Positions 35,758-49,800 of a DNA stretch of 64,000 nt are shown here, one piece after another; positions within the stretch are counted from its first letter, which is position 1, and the number at the start of each line of letters is the position of its first letter. The notes under the pieces are model-generated. The model worked only from the letters and a program-made list of their open reading frames with translations. It was not told the DNA's origin and made no database searches. The DNA lies in the NCBI GenBank assembly GCA_041666845.1, contig JBAYGC010000004.1, positions 7,965 to 71,964 on the forward strand, in the 5' to 3' direction. This DNA comes from Patescibacteria group bacterium. GTDB lineage: Bacteria; Patescibacteriota; Patescibacteriia; UM-FILTER-42-10. The position numbers and the translations under genes were made by a program.

Positions 35758-37107
35758 CTATACCTGATTCGGTATGGAAAGTTTAACGCCCTCATCTTTA
35801 ACTTCCTGCCACACGTATTTTCCGCTGGCCAAATCGCCGTACACCATCCCCTGCACAGAAGTCTGTCCTTTTTCTACTAACATATTTTCGAGCTGTACAC
35901 CGAATCTGGCAGATTCAGCATCATCTAAACCCATTTTTTCTTTGAATATATTTTGTAAAAATACGCTGAAGTAGGGTGCGGTAAATCCGTTGCGTTGAAA
36001 ATCAGCTACTACTTCGGGCTTATATTCATTCTGCAAAATACTTTTTGTAAATGCACTGATTCTTTCGTTCAATTTCAATTCTGCGACCAGATCCCCTTTT
36101 TCCGCGATAATCCGCAAAGCCGCGATTGCCTTATATTTATCTTTTTGGTCAACTGCTGACATGAATGTTTCAACAATTGCACTTAAATTACCATTGTTCA
36201 GCTGTTCCAGGCCGGTTTCTGCATCATGAATCATAATCCTTTCTCCTTCGGAACCGAGGAATTCTTCAATCAGTTTTTCACGCTGTTTTTCCGGATCGAT
36301 AGTTTCGGCAGAAACTGGCTTTACTCTATCAACTATCTCTTCTTCAACCATATGCCCGGTAGTTGGAGTATAAAGTGGGGTCGGAAAACGGAGATAATCA
36401 TAAACCCGGATGACTTTCAGTATCAAATTTTTTTCCGCCGGAGCGAGGTTGCGCACATTTTTACCCTGGTTGATGTAGCTCACTTCTTCCACGGGCGAAT
36501 GCAAACTGGAAGAATTAAAGAATGCTTCAAAATCAACCAGCCAATTACCGACTGTCGACTCCTTCGTCTGCTTCAGGCCGTCATCTAAATTATATGCGCC
36601 ACCGATTGGCATTTTACCGATCTTTTCTTTGTTTTCCCTGATACTTTGAATCATGCGTTGACGTAAAACAACCAGCAAATCGAATGGGAAGCCTTTGAAT
36701 ACCATCATATTATAAAACAGCTCTTCAACCGGCAACTCCCAATAAAATGCTTTAACCAGAAAGTTTCGTAATAGCCAGGTGATTTCGAGCTCGCCACGGA
36801 CAGGCATTGTACGGAACATGCCATAAATCACCAAGTCCTGGTATTTCAGATATAGTTTCGGATCCTGTTCCTGGAAACCTTTGATCAGATTCTGCAGGAC
36901 GAAAATCATTTCCGATGAATCGCCCAATTCCATACCAAACTGCGGATCAATGAAAGTAATAAAAAGCCTTTCATATATTTTCTCATTTTTCAGATCTTCA
37001 GCGGATATTTGGCGGATGGAATCCGGAGTAAACAAAATAATTCGTTCCTGAACAATTTTATTTACGATATCTTCACGTAATGGAATTGAGTTTAAATCCA
37101 TGATCAA
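35758..37107 (-). CDS. Hypothetical protein
   Basis: 449-aa ORF with no recognised motifs. Upstream neighbour of the large membrane protein. Confidence 0.5.
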   Translation of the reverse strand: MIMDLNSIPLREDIVNKIVQERIILFTPDSIRQISAEDLKNEKIYERLFITFIDPQFGMELGDSSEMIFVLQNLIKGFQEQDPKLYLKYQDLVIYGMFRTMPVRGELEITWLLRNFLVKAFYWELPVEELFYNMMVFKGFPFDLLVVLRQRMIQSIRENKEKIGKMPIGGAYNLDDGLKQTKESTVGNWLVDFEAFFNSSSLHSPVEEVSYINQGKNVRNLAPAEKNLILKVIRVYDYLRFPTPLYTPTTGHMVEEEIVDRVKPVSAETIDPEKQREKLIEEFLGSEGERIMIHDAETGLEQLNNGNLSAIVETFMSAVDQKDKYKAIAALRIIAEKGDLVAELKLNERISAFTKSILQNEYKPEVVADFQRNGFTAPYFSVFLQNIFKEKMGLDDAESARFGVQLENMLVEKGQTSVQGMVYGDLASGKYVWQEVKDEGVKLSIPNQV

Positions 37108-37137
37108 TTTGATATTAAGTAACTGAAAATTAAACTA

Positions 37138-40100
37138 TTATTCCCCGCTGTCCGGGTTAGGATTCGGCTCTGTCGGAGGTTCTGGAGTAGGTTCGGAGGG
37201 TGTCGGGGGAACAGCACTGGACTCAGCAGAAGCATCAGTTGAGCTTGTCGGTCCCTGTGGCTCACTGTCTTCCGCTGACTTTCCGCTTGTATCGGGTGTC
37301 TCCGGTTTTGGCGCATCAGATTCGGAAGCAGTCGGAGAACTTGGTTCCGCGGATGGCTTTGATGTGGTGCCCGAAGACTGTCTCGGAGTATTATCACTTG
37401 GTTTGGTACCGGGTTGAGGACGCCCTGTTCGAGGTCGAGGTCCCGGTTTTCCCGGGGTCCGCGGAGCTGGCTTTGGAACAGATCCCTCTGCTGGCTTAGA
37501 AGATCCGGAGTCGGGAGCATCATCTTTTGGTTTTTCTTCACCTTTGAATTTATCCGCTTTTGCTTCTTTCATTAGTTTAACCAACTGCACCAAAGCTTGA
37601 GTCATGATTTGCTGTGACATTCGATCAGTAGCATTGCCACTGGATACCTGATCAAAATTGTGTTGAACAGTCTCAACTGCATTCCGCATACCTTTGCTCT
37701 TTTCCGATTCTTCCATTTTATCAATATTCTCCTTCATGGTAGACATTAGTCGATACATGGCAGCACTCATTTCCGTAAACGACTGCGGATCGATCACCTT
37801 ATCCAAACTGGCAAACTGACCACTCAGATTATCAAGTTGTCCCGCCAATTCACTAATATCTCCCAGAGCTCTGTCATCATCAGGGACAATACCGGCAAAT
37901 TCCGGTCCTTTCAATTCTTTATACGCATTTTCGATCTCGGTATTAATACTTCTTATTCGTTCAACTTCCGACGCGACAACTTCCTTCATTTGAGCATCAT
38001 CCAAAAAGTCCACCGGCTCTCCACCTTTTTTCGGAGTTTTGGACCAGACACCTCTATTGTATGTATAGTTGTGTTCATTTGCTTCGATGGGCTTCTTTTC
38101 ATCAATATTGGTTTGCATTTCTTCCATACTCTGTTCAACTGTTTTTGCTGGTGCAGCTTCTTCTTTAACCGGAGGTTTATATCCATTTTCTAATGCTTTG
38201 GCTAATTCAGGACCCGGAGCAGGTGGACTCATTCTGGACAAATCAACTGGAGCATTGTCTTTAAAGTCCTTACCATCAGTAACTTTATCACGATATTTAT
38301 AATAATCCCCATCTATTGGAATTGGTGCTGTAGGATTTTTTGAACCTCTATAAGCACTATTCCATAAAGCCCTGACCATTGCTGGATTTAAATCGTAAGT
38401 CTTCTTAAATTGCTTATAGGCAGCTGTTTCTTCTGTTTCTGTTCCATCCTTTTCTTCTTTTTTTGTTTTTACAAGATTTCCGTTTTCATCAAACAACCGA
38501 TCTTCCCAATTTTCGTCACTGATCCCATTATGACTACCAACCAGAATCTGCGATAACCGCGCCTGGAAATGATGCGCTTCCGGAATCATGGAAGGTGTTA
38601 GCACCTCACCCAAAAATCTTTTCTGGGAAACAGACATGAGATTCGCGTCGGTAGAAAAATCCCAACCATCCTCAATATCTTCACCTTTCTCATTTTTCCT
38701 GTTTTGTTTATATACAAGCGAGCGCATAGCATGGGGAGCCACGCCCTGCATGAAGGCACGCGAGCCTCTCTTGCGTGCCTCGCCTTTTACCTCTCCGATT
38801 CTTTCATCCTCATTCATAATCCGGTATTTGCCGGTTTTTGCATCCAAGGTAGCCATCGTCTGCTCCCAATGGCCGACATTGCGGGACGACTGGCTGATCG
38901 TATACATGGTACGCAAAGCAGTCTGCTCTTCATGTGAGGCCTTTCCCGCATTTATATTTGATTCTTTAGTAGCTCTTTTCATATAAGCACTTCTTTGTTT
39001 AGCATCTTTTTCAGGATCAAGTTTGTCGTAATTGACTCCTTCTGCATCAGCGATCTTTTTAGCAATAGTGGTTGGGTCAAATTTAGCACGATCCAACTGC
39101 AAATAACCCATTGTAAACTGCTTGAATCCTTCGTCATCCATTACTTTAGCTTTTTCATAACTATCAAAACCGAATTGCTTGGCTGTTGGGTCATCCTTTA
39201 TCAGACCGCTGGAAAGAAAATGGGCATAGACATCATCCAGGTTACCACGGGACGCGGCTAAGTTAATTACTGCTTCGCGAGAGCGCTCACCCTTGATACC
39301 ACCCATACGCATCGCTCGTTCCGCCAGTTCCGCCATTTTTTCTTTACCAGCGCCGGATTCTGAAATCTCTTTCAGCATTTCACTCTCATACTCACCTACC
39401 ACCGCACTGCGTGCCATTTCCGCTCTCGACATGGCTGCACCTTTAGCTGAAACTTTAAGATTACCCCGTTTCTGACGGAAAAAGCTTGGTATCCATTCGT
39501 CCATAACCTTTTCGGCCATCTGTTCTCCTTTACCGGCTATTTCCCTGTTTTGCTGTGTCGCCAAACGCTCACCTCTCTGACCAATACCCTTCCAGTACGA
39601 GGGACTCAAAATCGGCGCTTTTTCCGTAATCTTTCTGCCGATCGCACCGTAAGTTCGCTTCGCAAAGCGGTTGTTGAAAGGCTTCTTTAAAGTCTTCATG
39701 CCCATTGATTTCAGCTTGTCCGGGAACCGACCGACTGTCGATCCGCCCATCACACCGAATTCCTGCGTCAGCATAATACCGGTCAAAAGCAGTGCTATAG
39801 TAATAATATAATTAAACATGTTCTGAGTATTCATGATTGCTGAAGCACCTTTTGGCAATTTAGCAGCATCGGGAGCGGTGGGATCAGCAATAGTCCCATC
39901 ACTAACTCCTATATCAGATAAATCAATCGGCGCTCCCGCACTGGTAGAAATAACGGAAAGTGACAACCATAAAAAGAAAGCTAGGACCGGACCAGCCGTG
40001 AGATTTTTACCCAGCTCCGTCCACCAACGGGAAGCGTAACGCGAAGTGTTGGGCAAAACCGATGCTATATAGGCAACCGGGGAAAGAATCACCAAGATCC

Positions 40101-40800
40101 AGATCATCAGAATTCTTGCCACCAAGATTACCAGCATAGCCAGCAAAACCGCGATTGCCACGACCAACATCCCGTTAGCTAAAAAGATAGCCATAATTAC
40201 GGAACCGATGCCTTTCAATTCATTAACAAACCCCTTGGTGTCCTGGGCAAAACTGGTCATCTGCGCCAGATTCAACCCGACAGTCAAAACTATCGCGGCG
40301 GAATCCTGAAATGAATATACAAACGTCAGCATGATCACCTGGGAAAAATCCACAAAAATACCGGTGATGGTCTTACTGAAATTGATCAGAACCGCCATGA
40401 TTATCATCTTGGTCAGCAGACTGCGCGCGTGATACTGCTGAAGTTTCATGATTGTACCGAAAGCGATGACAATCAGGATCACAATAAACATCATATTGGA
40501 AAGATCTCTGATGATCGTCCAGCCGATATGCACTGCCGGCGGCGCTTTCATGTTGACGAAATTATTATAGCTGAATATTTTAATCACTAATTCAATTATC
40601 ATGCCCAATAAAGACCCCAACAATTGCATTATATTTGCGCCGAAATCTCCAATCGCACCGATAATCGCTTCAGAGACATCAAAGCCCGCAAGCGCTTCTG
40701 ACTTTTCCGGAAAAATAAGTCCGACAAAAACAAGTACACCCAACACGCCGAGTATTGGTAAGAGCGCCTTTCTGATTCGTGACAAAATCTTTCTGAACAT
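37138..40800 (-). CDS. Large polytopic membrane protein (N-terminal ~10 TM helices, long charged cytoplasmic/extracellular region, Pro/Ser/Thr-rich C-terminal tail); possible VirB6/TrbL-like
   Basis: 1220 aa. Multiple hydrophobic helices in the first ~330 aa. C-terminal low complexity (…PKPAPRTPGKPGPRPRTGRPQPGTKP…PTEPNPNPDSGE). The VirB6-like call is topology-based inference only. Confidence 0.6.
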   Translation of the reverse strand: MFRKILSRIRKALLPILGVLGVLVFVGLIFPEKSEALAGFDVSEAIIGAIGDFGANIMQLLGSLLGMIIELVIKIFSYNNFVNMKAPPAVHIGWTIIRDLSNMMFIVILIVIAFGTIMKLQQYHARSLLTKMIIMAVLINFSKTITGIFVDFSQVIMLTFVYSFQDSAAIVLTVGLNLAQMTSFAQDTKGFVNELKGIGSVIMAIFLANGMLVVAIAVLLAMLVILVARILMIWILVILSPVAYIASVLPNTSRYASRWWTELGKNLTAGPVLAFFLWLSLSVISTSAGAPIDLSDIGVSDGTIADPTAPDAAKLPKGASAIMNTQNMFNYIITIALLLTGIMLTQEFGVMGGSTVGRFPDKLKSMGMKTLKKPFNNRFAKRTYGAIGRKITEKAPILSPSYWKGIGQRGERLATQQNREIAGKGEQMAEKVMDEWIPSFFRQKRGNLKVSAKGAAMSRAEMARSAVVGEYESEMLKEISESGAGKEKMAELAERAMRMGGIKGERSREAVINLAASRGNLDDVYAHFLSSGLIKDDPTAKQFGFDSYEKAKVMDDEGFKQFTMGYLQLDRAKFDPTTIAKKIADAEGVNYDKLDPEKDAKQRSAYMKRATKESNINAGKASHEEQTALRTMYTISQSSRNVGHWEQTMATLDAKTGKYRIMNEDERIGEVKGEARKRGSRAFMQGVAPHAMRSLVYKQNRKNEKGEDIEDGWDFSTDANLMSVSQKRFLGEVLTPSMIPEAHHFQARLSQILVGSHNGISDENWEDRLFDENGNLVKTKKEEKDGTETEETAAYKQFKKTYDLNPAMVRALWNSAYRGSKNPTAPIPIDGDYYKYRDKVTDGKDFKDNAPVDLSRMSPPAPGPELAKALENGYKPPVKEEAAPAKTVEQSMEEMQTNIDEKKPIEANEHNYTYNRGVWSKTPKKGGEPVDFLDDAQMKEVVASEVERIRSINTEIENAYKELKGPEFAGIVPDDDRALGDISELAGQLDNLSGQFASLDKVIDPQSFTEMSAAMYRLMSTMKENIDKMEESEKSKGMRNAVETVQHNFDQVSSGNATDRMSQQIMTQALVQLVKLMKEAKADKFKGEEKPKDDAPDSGSSKPAEGSVPKPAPRTPGKPGPRPRTGRPQPGTKPSDNTPRQSSGTTSKPSAEPSSPTASESDAPKPETPDTSGKSAEDSEPQGPTSSTDASAESSAVPPTPSEPTPEPPTEPNPNPDSGE

Positions 40801-40816
40801 TATTGATTGATAAAGT

Positions 40817-43800
40817 TTAGCTTGGCTGTACTGTTATCGTCCCGTTGAATTCCTGGTAATTCTGAGTTGTACTGTTGATATCACATGGGCGAAGTCCGGG
40901 CGTCGCGCTGTTCTGGTCATTACAGAAGCCCCAATTATCTTTCAACATTATTTCAATATTATAGATCTGTGTCGCGCCCGGCTCATCATATGTATGGGAG
41001 AACAAATGCGGTTGACTTGGGTCAGATTTTGGCGCGCCGTTCCACACGATGGAACTGGTAGAACCGTCGCCCCAGTCGATAACAATGTTCTTCAAAGCTT
41101 CCTGTTCCGGATCCACAAAACTGGTAAATGACAGGGTAATTGACCCGCCGCCGAATAATTCCACATCCCCATCGGCACCGTTGATCAAGACATTATCAAT
41201 CGCCGGAAGAATAGCACAATAGTCGTTGTCCGGTGGCCAAGTCGGACGCGGACCGGCGCCGTCCGTGTTACAGAGTGGCATGTGGTTAAATTCATTATTC
41301 CATACATAGTTCCAGCTCGGATTGGCCGGATTAATTTTTTCGTATGTTGCCGTATCTACATCCCAGAACCAAGCATCGTAAACGTAGGCAAATATTCTTT
41401 GCAGATTATCTACCGCCCACACATTGCCGTCAAACCCGGTTGCCTGGTTCACGCCATCTCCGGCATTTCTGGCGGCCGCGCCAACACAGGATCCGGCGTT
41501 GACACTGGTACAATACGCGTCATCGGTGCAGTATTTGGTCACATCACCACTGCAATAACCTAACCCCACGCACACACCGCGGTTGCCGTCTTCCCCTCCG
41601 CAGTCCGCATCTGTCGTGCAGGCATACTGAGTTCCACGATGCACCGTGTCATAACTGCCACCCATACATACTTTCGGCACGCAATCACCATCACAACTGT
41701 ACGGACTGCCCGCTCGTGTATTATTCACCGGTGGAGTTGGTGTACTGTCAAAATTCTCAATATATAATGGCTGCATACCGTCCGATACACTGCTATCCCA
41801 AGTTGATCCCGGATCATCACCTTGACCCGCTACAATTGCCCCAAACGGAGCGGCATTTTCATTGTATTTATATAGAATATCGCGAATTTGATATGAGCTG
41901 GTATTAGCAGTTCTTTGTGCCCAGGCTTTATCGTCAGAAATACTGGCTACTTTTGCCACCTCGGTACAAACATCCCGCAGGTATACATAGCCCATTACCC
42001 ACATTCCTCCGCTACCACCACTGCCGTCTTCCATATAAACGTAATAATTATCTATAGTGTGATCAGTGGCAGAGAAATTGGTTTTGATTCTGAGATGATT
42101 GTCATTACCGTCCCAACTGATATCCCAGTCATTTTCGGCATTGGCTATCCAAGTAGCTCCACCACCCGGCCAGTCGGAATGTGATGATCGTTGCTGTACC
42201 CATTCAATCCGGTCTATTTCCCAATCATGATATGTCCGGTCACTTCCCTGGGCTAGGACTGTAGTGTTTATTCCACCACCACCGCGACAACTACAAAATC
42301 CCCAAGCGTTGTCACTTAAAGGTCGCTGGCCGTCATAGTTCTCACACCACCCAAGATCTTCAAGTGACCCACATCCACTATCATCACCATCACAAGTTTC
42401 TTCAATATCTCCAGCATGTGTGAAGTTTGTTACAAGATTACGTCGATAACCCGCCACTTTTCCAACTAAATCAGTTACTATATTAGAAGCACCGCAGAGA
42501 CTGTTTTCATCATCATTACCTACTAGTAGGGTTGTATCATCATAGTTTCCAGTAGCTTCCACACACATATATAAAGGTCTGCGTCCTTTGTAGCCTGCCG
42601 GATCTACCGTACCGAATACGCTGGACTCACCGGAAATAACATCTACCGGCCACCAGGTAATACACTTGTCCGGATTGGTCGGATCGGTCTCTATACAGTA
42701 ACCCTGCCAGCCGTTAAACTGCACTAGGTCGCTGTTTGTGTATTGGCAAACCTCGGAGTCTTCTCGCGGATACGCGCGACAGGACCTGATCAGGTATTTC
42801 TGATCGCCGTCAGTAGTGGAAAGATTTTCCGCTGGAACCGCTGTGATTGCCGGTGCCCCCGGTGGTTGCCAGTTGAATTGCATAGAAGAGTTGCCCAGTT
42901 TCTGATAATACTCAATCATGATCGGATGCCAACCGGCATCGAGCCCATTAACAGTAAACGAATCATTATGCACGCCGTCCGTCCAGTTTTCTTGAACCGG
43001 TACAGTCAGATCATCAATAAAGAATTTATATCCGTCATCCACAACCAAGTTGAATAAATGATTACCCGTATTTTCAACCAGTAATTTACCGGCCCAACGC
43101 ACCGCGACCATTTCTGTTGCTCCGGCATTATCATTCAGCAGTGTCGGCATTGATGCATTATCATAGTTCAGATAATCACTGACATAAGTACCAAGGTAAT
43201 TACCAAAGACTAATTCCAGCTCAGTAGTTAATTCAACCTGCGGAATCAAGTAGTTACTTGGAATGGCAGTAATTCTATTATATGTCGGAAATAACATTCC
43301 TTCAGTTAGTGGACTGATTACACCGTCACCATTTTGATCCCAGGCATAATTGATACAAAATGCATCCGGTATTCCACCACCACAATTTGTCGGGTTCCAT
43401 TGTCCTGATGTCCTTCCCATTTGTACTCCGCCATAACCACCACCATTAGTAAATTCAATCTTGACCGGATGCCAGCCGGCAGTGAAATATTGCGACCACA
43501 TATAACCCAGCGTTGGTATACTGCCCCAGGCGCTGACGATCTCCGAACCCGCCGCCATATCGTCCACCCAAATCCTGACTCCGTCATTCACATTGAAAAA
43601 TAATGTTTGATAGCCCGATGTCGGAATATTAATTCCACCTTCCCATCTGCCTGAACTGTTAGCAACAATAAAGTCAGCATTATCCGGTACTAGCGGATCC
43701 ATTTCTCCCGGGATCGTTACGGTCGCATCGCCATTTCCACATAGCGTACATAACGCTGTATCTCCGGCATTACAAGCTATACATGGCTCATACCAATTGA

Positions 43801-46800
43801 TCTTTGGTACGATATATGGATTACCAGGACAAGCTGTCGTCAAATTTCCATCTGTAAAACATTCCTCATTCAGTCCTGAAACACTGGTTGAACTTGGTTG
43901 ATAAACAAAAGTGTAGAAGTCTCCGCGGATACCCGGAGAGTCAGAAGCCTTCACCGCCAGTGCTGGCTTCATGGATACGTTGTCCACGGAGAACGAAACA
44001 TTACCGCCCATATTCCGAATCAACAGGAAGGTTTCCGCGTTTTCATCCGGGATGCCGTTAATCCTTACCGGTTTCAGTACCTGCTGTTCCCAACCGGTTG
44101 AACCATCAAAATAACCCAGGAAATTTTCACCGACAATATTGCCATTCTCAAATTGAGCTAGTGAAACTGAAATAGTTTCCTGTCCGGCTTCCGGCAGGTT
44201 TTCAAACCGGAAATCCAGACTGGCGATGTATTCAGTATTGTTTAATATATTTGTTCCCAAACTGGTCTTAATACCCAGTCCGGTAAATTCACAACTGCCA
44301 ATCACGCACTCTCCGCCGGCCACGGTACAGATTGTCCCCTGGTTCGTGGACAAATCATCGCAAACACCCTGCGACCCTGCCGAATATAGCAGGTAATTAT
44401 TCTCATCCAATGCGGAATTGCCGACCGTTTCCGGTCCTTCCACGACACTGACACTGCTGTCCAGATCGGGGAAGATAGCTGTCCACGACCCTTCTTCTTC
44501 GGCGGTAATACAATTCGGAATGGCGGTCAGATTCTCATCCGGTACGCAGTTCTCATCCACCACGCAAGAAGTATCTTTATTATCCATATTCTCATCACAA
44601 ACCATGAACCGACTTAACGCGTTCGACTCAAAATCACCAAATCTTACCAAATCTTTTGTGATTGCTCCGCCCAGACCAACTTCATACATTTCCGAATAGG
44701 GATAATACCCTTCAATAATGTCACACTTATCGCCAAGTCCGGCACAAGTAGTGGCTTCTGTTGCTACAGTGCAATCAACGGAATGATCATCCCGACAGCC
44801 ATACTGCAAACCGGCGCTGACATACCCGGACAGATTTTGAAACTCGTCCAGCGGATATGCCGCCGTATCACCGGTGACATTGGTCGGTCCTGGATCGATC
44901 GTACTGATACAGGAACCGTTGGAACCCAATTCATCACACAAGCCGATTTCAAAACAAACGTCCTCTTTTGTTTTACCATCACCGTCCAAGTCTGTGTTGT
45001 CATCCACCTCAAAAGATGTTTTGCAGTACAACCATTCGTCACAGACACGGTCTCTTTTAACCTTTAACACTGTGTTCGAATCCGCTATCGGACTTCCTCC
45101 TGCTGTATATAAACTGCACGCGCCTCCGCCCAGACATTCAGCGCCTCCGCTAGTACATAGGTCATTTGGATTTGTGCCCCCAATACAGGTTCCGAATCTA
45201 CCCAGTACCGGTGGTCCAAATTCCGGATTTTCAATACATAAACCGCCCGCACCGCAGTCCGCATCAACATCGCAATCATTACCATAAGTTACCGGATTAC
45301 CCAGGTCACAATAGAACTCCTGGCCATCCGGGCTTAAATCCGCCGTGTAATTCAGCGACTGAGTTGTATCACTGAATAAGACACAGCCTTTTTCTGCATT
45401 AACCACTCCGTTACAACTGGTGGAATCAACGCTGGATTTAATATTATAATATGTCGAACATCCCGGCAGTCCGCCCGGTGTCACAACACAATTCTCATCA
45501 AACAAAACCGTGTCGCCCTCATAAGGACACAACGGCTGACAGCCGATCGGATCCAGCGGGTCACTATAGGCCGTACATCCGTCCGCTTTGGAATCGCAAA
45601 GGCCCACCCATGGCACACATCTGGCACTATCAGCACATGGTACCGCATCATCCGGATTACAGATTGTATTCGGGGCCGCTGCCGGCGTGCCCCCCTCACA
45701 GACAAAAGCTGGGATCGCCGGACTGGGTGGTGTTGGTGTAGTTTCGCACGGTGTTTCTGTTCCGGAGATATACCAGTCAAAATCGTATGAACCCTGCAAC
45801 TGTTTATATTCGCAAGTACGACCATCAATCGGCTGTTTGAAATAAGTTTTGCCTCCGCCACCTGAGAAACCATATTCCTCGCAACCGGATTCGGAATTAT
45901 CGCACCAAATATTATCATATTCAGCTGCGTTATCTTTCAGATAAACATCCTCATACGAAATTAGATTATTTTCTTCATCAAAATTCGGTAACCCTAACCT
46001 ACTGCATCCCTGATTATCAGCTGAGCAATAATTGTCTGGATTGTTGATTACTGTTACCAGTGAATCATCTGGTGTAATAACATGACTTAGAGTTTGCGCG
46101 GGATCACCAAATTCCTCAGCATAAGGCGATCGGGTATTAGCAGTATCAATTAATGCTTCACAACCGACCGTATCTTCACTGCACAATTTCGAAAATGACA
46201 TCAGATAATGAATATTACTATCAACATCGGAATACGCTTCACAATTTTCGGATCCATAACAGGTATCATATGAACCACGGACTAAATACCGGTTTGTGGT
46301 TGTTTCAACCAGTTCAATATTATCCAAGTAAATTTGACTGCCGACATTTTGGAACTGTAGAGCGGTCGGTAGACCGGACCACAGCGCTGTATCAGAAGTA
46401 TTGATTGTTACCGGGCCTAGTCTAAATTCCTGCCATTCAGGTGTAAGCCATACTTCCGGAGGAAATGTAGTGCCTGATTGATCAGCAAACCAATTATCCC
46501 CGCCTACGGCACCGATCGCCGTATTAAACTTAATGTACATATTGTCACTAGCGGAATCAGATCTGCCCCAGAACTTTAATTCGTAAGTTTTTCCATCTTC
46601 CAAAGTTACCGGTTTTTCTGTATTGGCATTTGTATTAAGAGAGTGTCCGCCGACGATTATTGAATTATTACTGACTGTTCCCGGTGCCCAACTCATGGTT
46701 GTACCGTCCTCAAAATCATCAGAAAATATCTGGCGATAGTTATATCCCGAATTACCCAAGTATTCACGGCAACCGGCATATTGTGCCGGACAGGAACGGC

Positions 46801-49800
46801 TTTCGCTCGGAGTACCATAATAAGTATCACCGTCAATACTGTTTCTCTCCGGATGGCAATCATCAGTAACTGAAATTGTCATTGATTTGTATCGATAAAA
46901 CACATGCAAACTGGCATCAAAGAACTGCGTGCAGTCCGGATCCGTGCCATAAACTGCTGAACACTCAGAATCCGCCTGGATATTTGCGTTCGTATCCGCA
47001 CAGGTTAAGTTAGTCGGATTCGGATCAACATTCAAATGAGTACACGGTGCGTTGCCGACTTCCACCGGACCGCCGGTATAAACAATGTTACTTTGCTTCA
47101 ACCTGAATGAGCGCAATTGATAACCAGCTACCGCGTCCCCTTCCCAAGCATAGTAAGTATCAATATTTGCTGAGTTGGTCGGAACGCACTGTTTTAGGAA
47201 AGAATAATATTCAATTCCTTCTCCGCCGGCCGCGACTTCGTCCAGATTTGTATATTCTTCGCAACCGACATAGGCCGCGGAACACTGTTCTCCGGTATCC
47301 GGAATAAATGATATAACCGGTAAACATGCCCCTGTCCCGCAATCAGCATTAATTAAGCAAGCCTCCCCCTCATTCGGACCGCCATAGCAGTACTGACCAG
47401 AACGCTCAATATTATTGGGATCCGGCATTACAGTGGTCAGTTTAACTTCTTCAAAAGCTTTGCATCCGACATCTTCAGCAGAACACTCGTCAGACGGCCT
47501 GATTTGCGCCGGCACCGGATCTCCGCTTAATAGCGGGGTATAAAATTGGCATCCGACATCCAGCGGATCACAAGTATCTCTTTCACCGTTCAGGTATACT
47601 TTATTTATCGCGCCGTAATCCACATATTCACTGGCGATTTTTGATTCTTCCACCATAGTCGCATCCAGCAACAAATTGCATCCACTATCCGGTGCAATTT
47701 CAAAAGCAACATGTTCAGTACCAATGGGGAAGGAATCCGGGTATGTATAAGTCACGACATATCTTTGCCATTCACTGCTTATATTATCAATATTAACCGA
47801 CTCCAGTGGAACATTGATCGCGTCAACTATTTCTAATCTTGAATTATTATTGCACGATGCTAAATCATTCGGATCTTTTTTTGCGTAAATTGAAACCGTA
47901 AATGTCCTGCTACTTACCGGAGAACCTGTTTCCGCTGAACCTACTAATAACTCCGTTAACGCCGGTCCGGAGTTCAATATCAGTGCATTGTTACCTGCAT
48001 AAGGTGAATCACCAGGAGTATTTGGTGTTACTATTTCGACTTCCGCGCCAAAAACCGGCGCCCATGCTGAATCAAAATTATCCGCTATCCCATCATCTGG
48101 GACGCTCAGATTGTCATAGTAATCAAAGCTAGGATTGGTGTGTAAATTTGTGCCGTTGGTTGTGCGGATAAATTCGTCACAACCCGCCGCGCTTGCGTCG
48201 CAAGTTTCCGCTGAAGCGGTAAGATGCGACAACCATGATGCGCCTGCCGCTGGCGGCACATAGCCGGACGGCCCGACTACACCATCTGACCACGCGCTGT
48301 AATCATCATTATTCAAATCGTCCCAATAGCATTCCCATCTTTCATCGGTTTGGTTGTACTCTTTGCAGTACCATTGGCAACCGACATTATCCGCGGAACA
48401 GCCGTTGAAATCTAGGGTTGTCGCCAAATACGACGCAGGCTGGCCTTGTCGGTCAGTATAGGTGGTGCAGGTATTATAATAGTCGGGGCATGATTCGCCA
48501 TTGAATCTCCAAATCGGATCTTCTTTGGTGCAATAGCCGTATTCCAGACAGTTACCGGTTTCGTCTTCGGCAATACATGACTGATCATCAACACATGAGG
48601 TATTGCGTTGAATCTGGCGAACCTTTGGAGTTTCATCTATTCCGTCATCATCAATATATTCGTCAAAAAGGAATGTCTCATTATAACCGCTGTTCACGCA
48701 TTGGGTTGCCGGCGCTTTCAGTACCCAGTCCGGATCGATCAACTGATAATACTGGGAAGTTTCATCATTGAAATCTTTAATCAAATCATTCAAACTCCGT
48801 GCGCCTCCGCCGAACTCCCTGATGTAAGAAGCGGCTAACTCCCAACTGACCGGTACTATTCGATACCTTCTTAACAAAACCAAACTGCGGTACGGATAAC
48901 CCTCCTGATAATTCAGCTGTGATCCGCCGTCGCCGTAACCAAACGGTTTGTCACCGTTGATATAACCCAGCTCAATCGCTTCTTCCAGACGCAACTGCTG
49001 TTCCACTGCCGTACGGAAACTCGAATCAATGGCGCAGTTTTCCGGCTCGGCAAAATCAGTCGGGCAGGAAGATAGTTTATTTAAAATGTCTACAGATCCG
49101 CCCGCGCTCAGCGAAGGCTGGTTGAATGAAGCAAATTTTGCTTCCGCGGCCGCAATACCTGAAGACCGGCCGAACTTACCCTGGTCAAATCCCGTATTAT
49201 CCGCCGCGGGGTTCAAACCTTTGACCAAAATATATTCCATATACTTCTTGACTAAAGTATTGGTAAACGTTCCGATCATATCCGCGATAATACTGCCAGT
49301 GCTGGTTTTATCGGCAGTAGTTGTTTCCCATAAAGCAAAATTTTGTGCCGCTTCAATAGTCGCGGCCGGGGTTTTAATATCGCCGGTTACTATACTAGTC
49401 AGTGCCGTAAAATCCTTGGCTTGTTTCGCCGCTTCCGCCTCTTCCGCTTTTTGTTTTTCCGTCTTGGCTTCGCGATAGATTTTCAAATACTGTCCCACTT
49501 GTGCCGTATCCTCGCCGAACATATTCGGAAATTCTTGCAAAATAGTCCTAGATAATTGAGCGGGATCCACACCCTTGATGGCAAAACCTAAATCTATATC
49601 CGCTGAGAAAAGCGTGCCATCCGTAAACTTACTGACAATTGAAGTAACATCACATTTCGCCTTCCTGTCACTTCCAGGAGTTGGCAATCCTAAATCAAGA
49701 TTAATGCTTTCCGTTATTGATACTTTTAAAGTCGGATTAATGTCACAAATACTTTTTCCCCATGCTTCAGATGTGATCTGGTCAAGATAATCACCAACCG

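Noticed and set aside
37104-37541. 145-aa minus-strand ORF overlapping the C-terminal tail of the 1220-aa gene
   Set aside because: It is an alternate frame of the Pro/Ser/Thr-rich low-complexity coding region and is Arg/Pro/Gln-rich nonsense with no independent start context.
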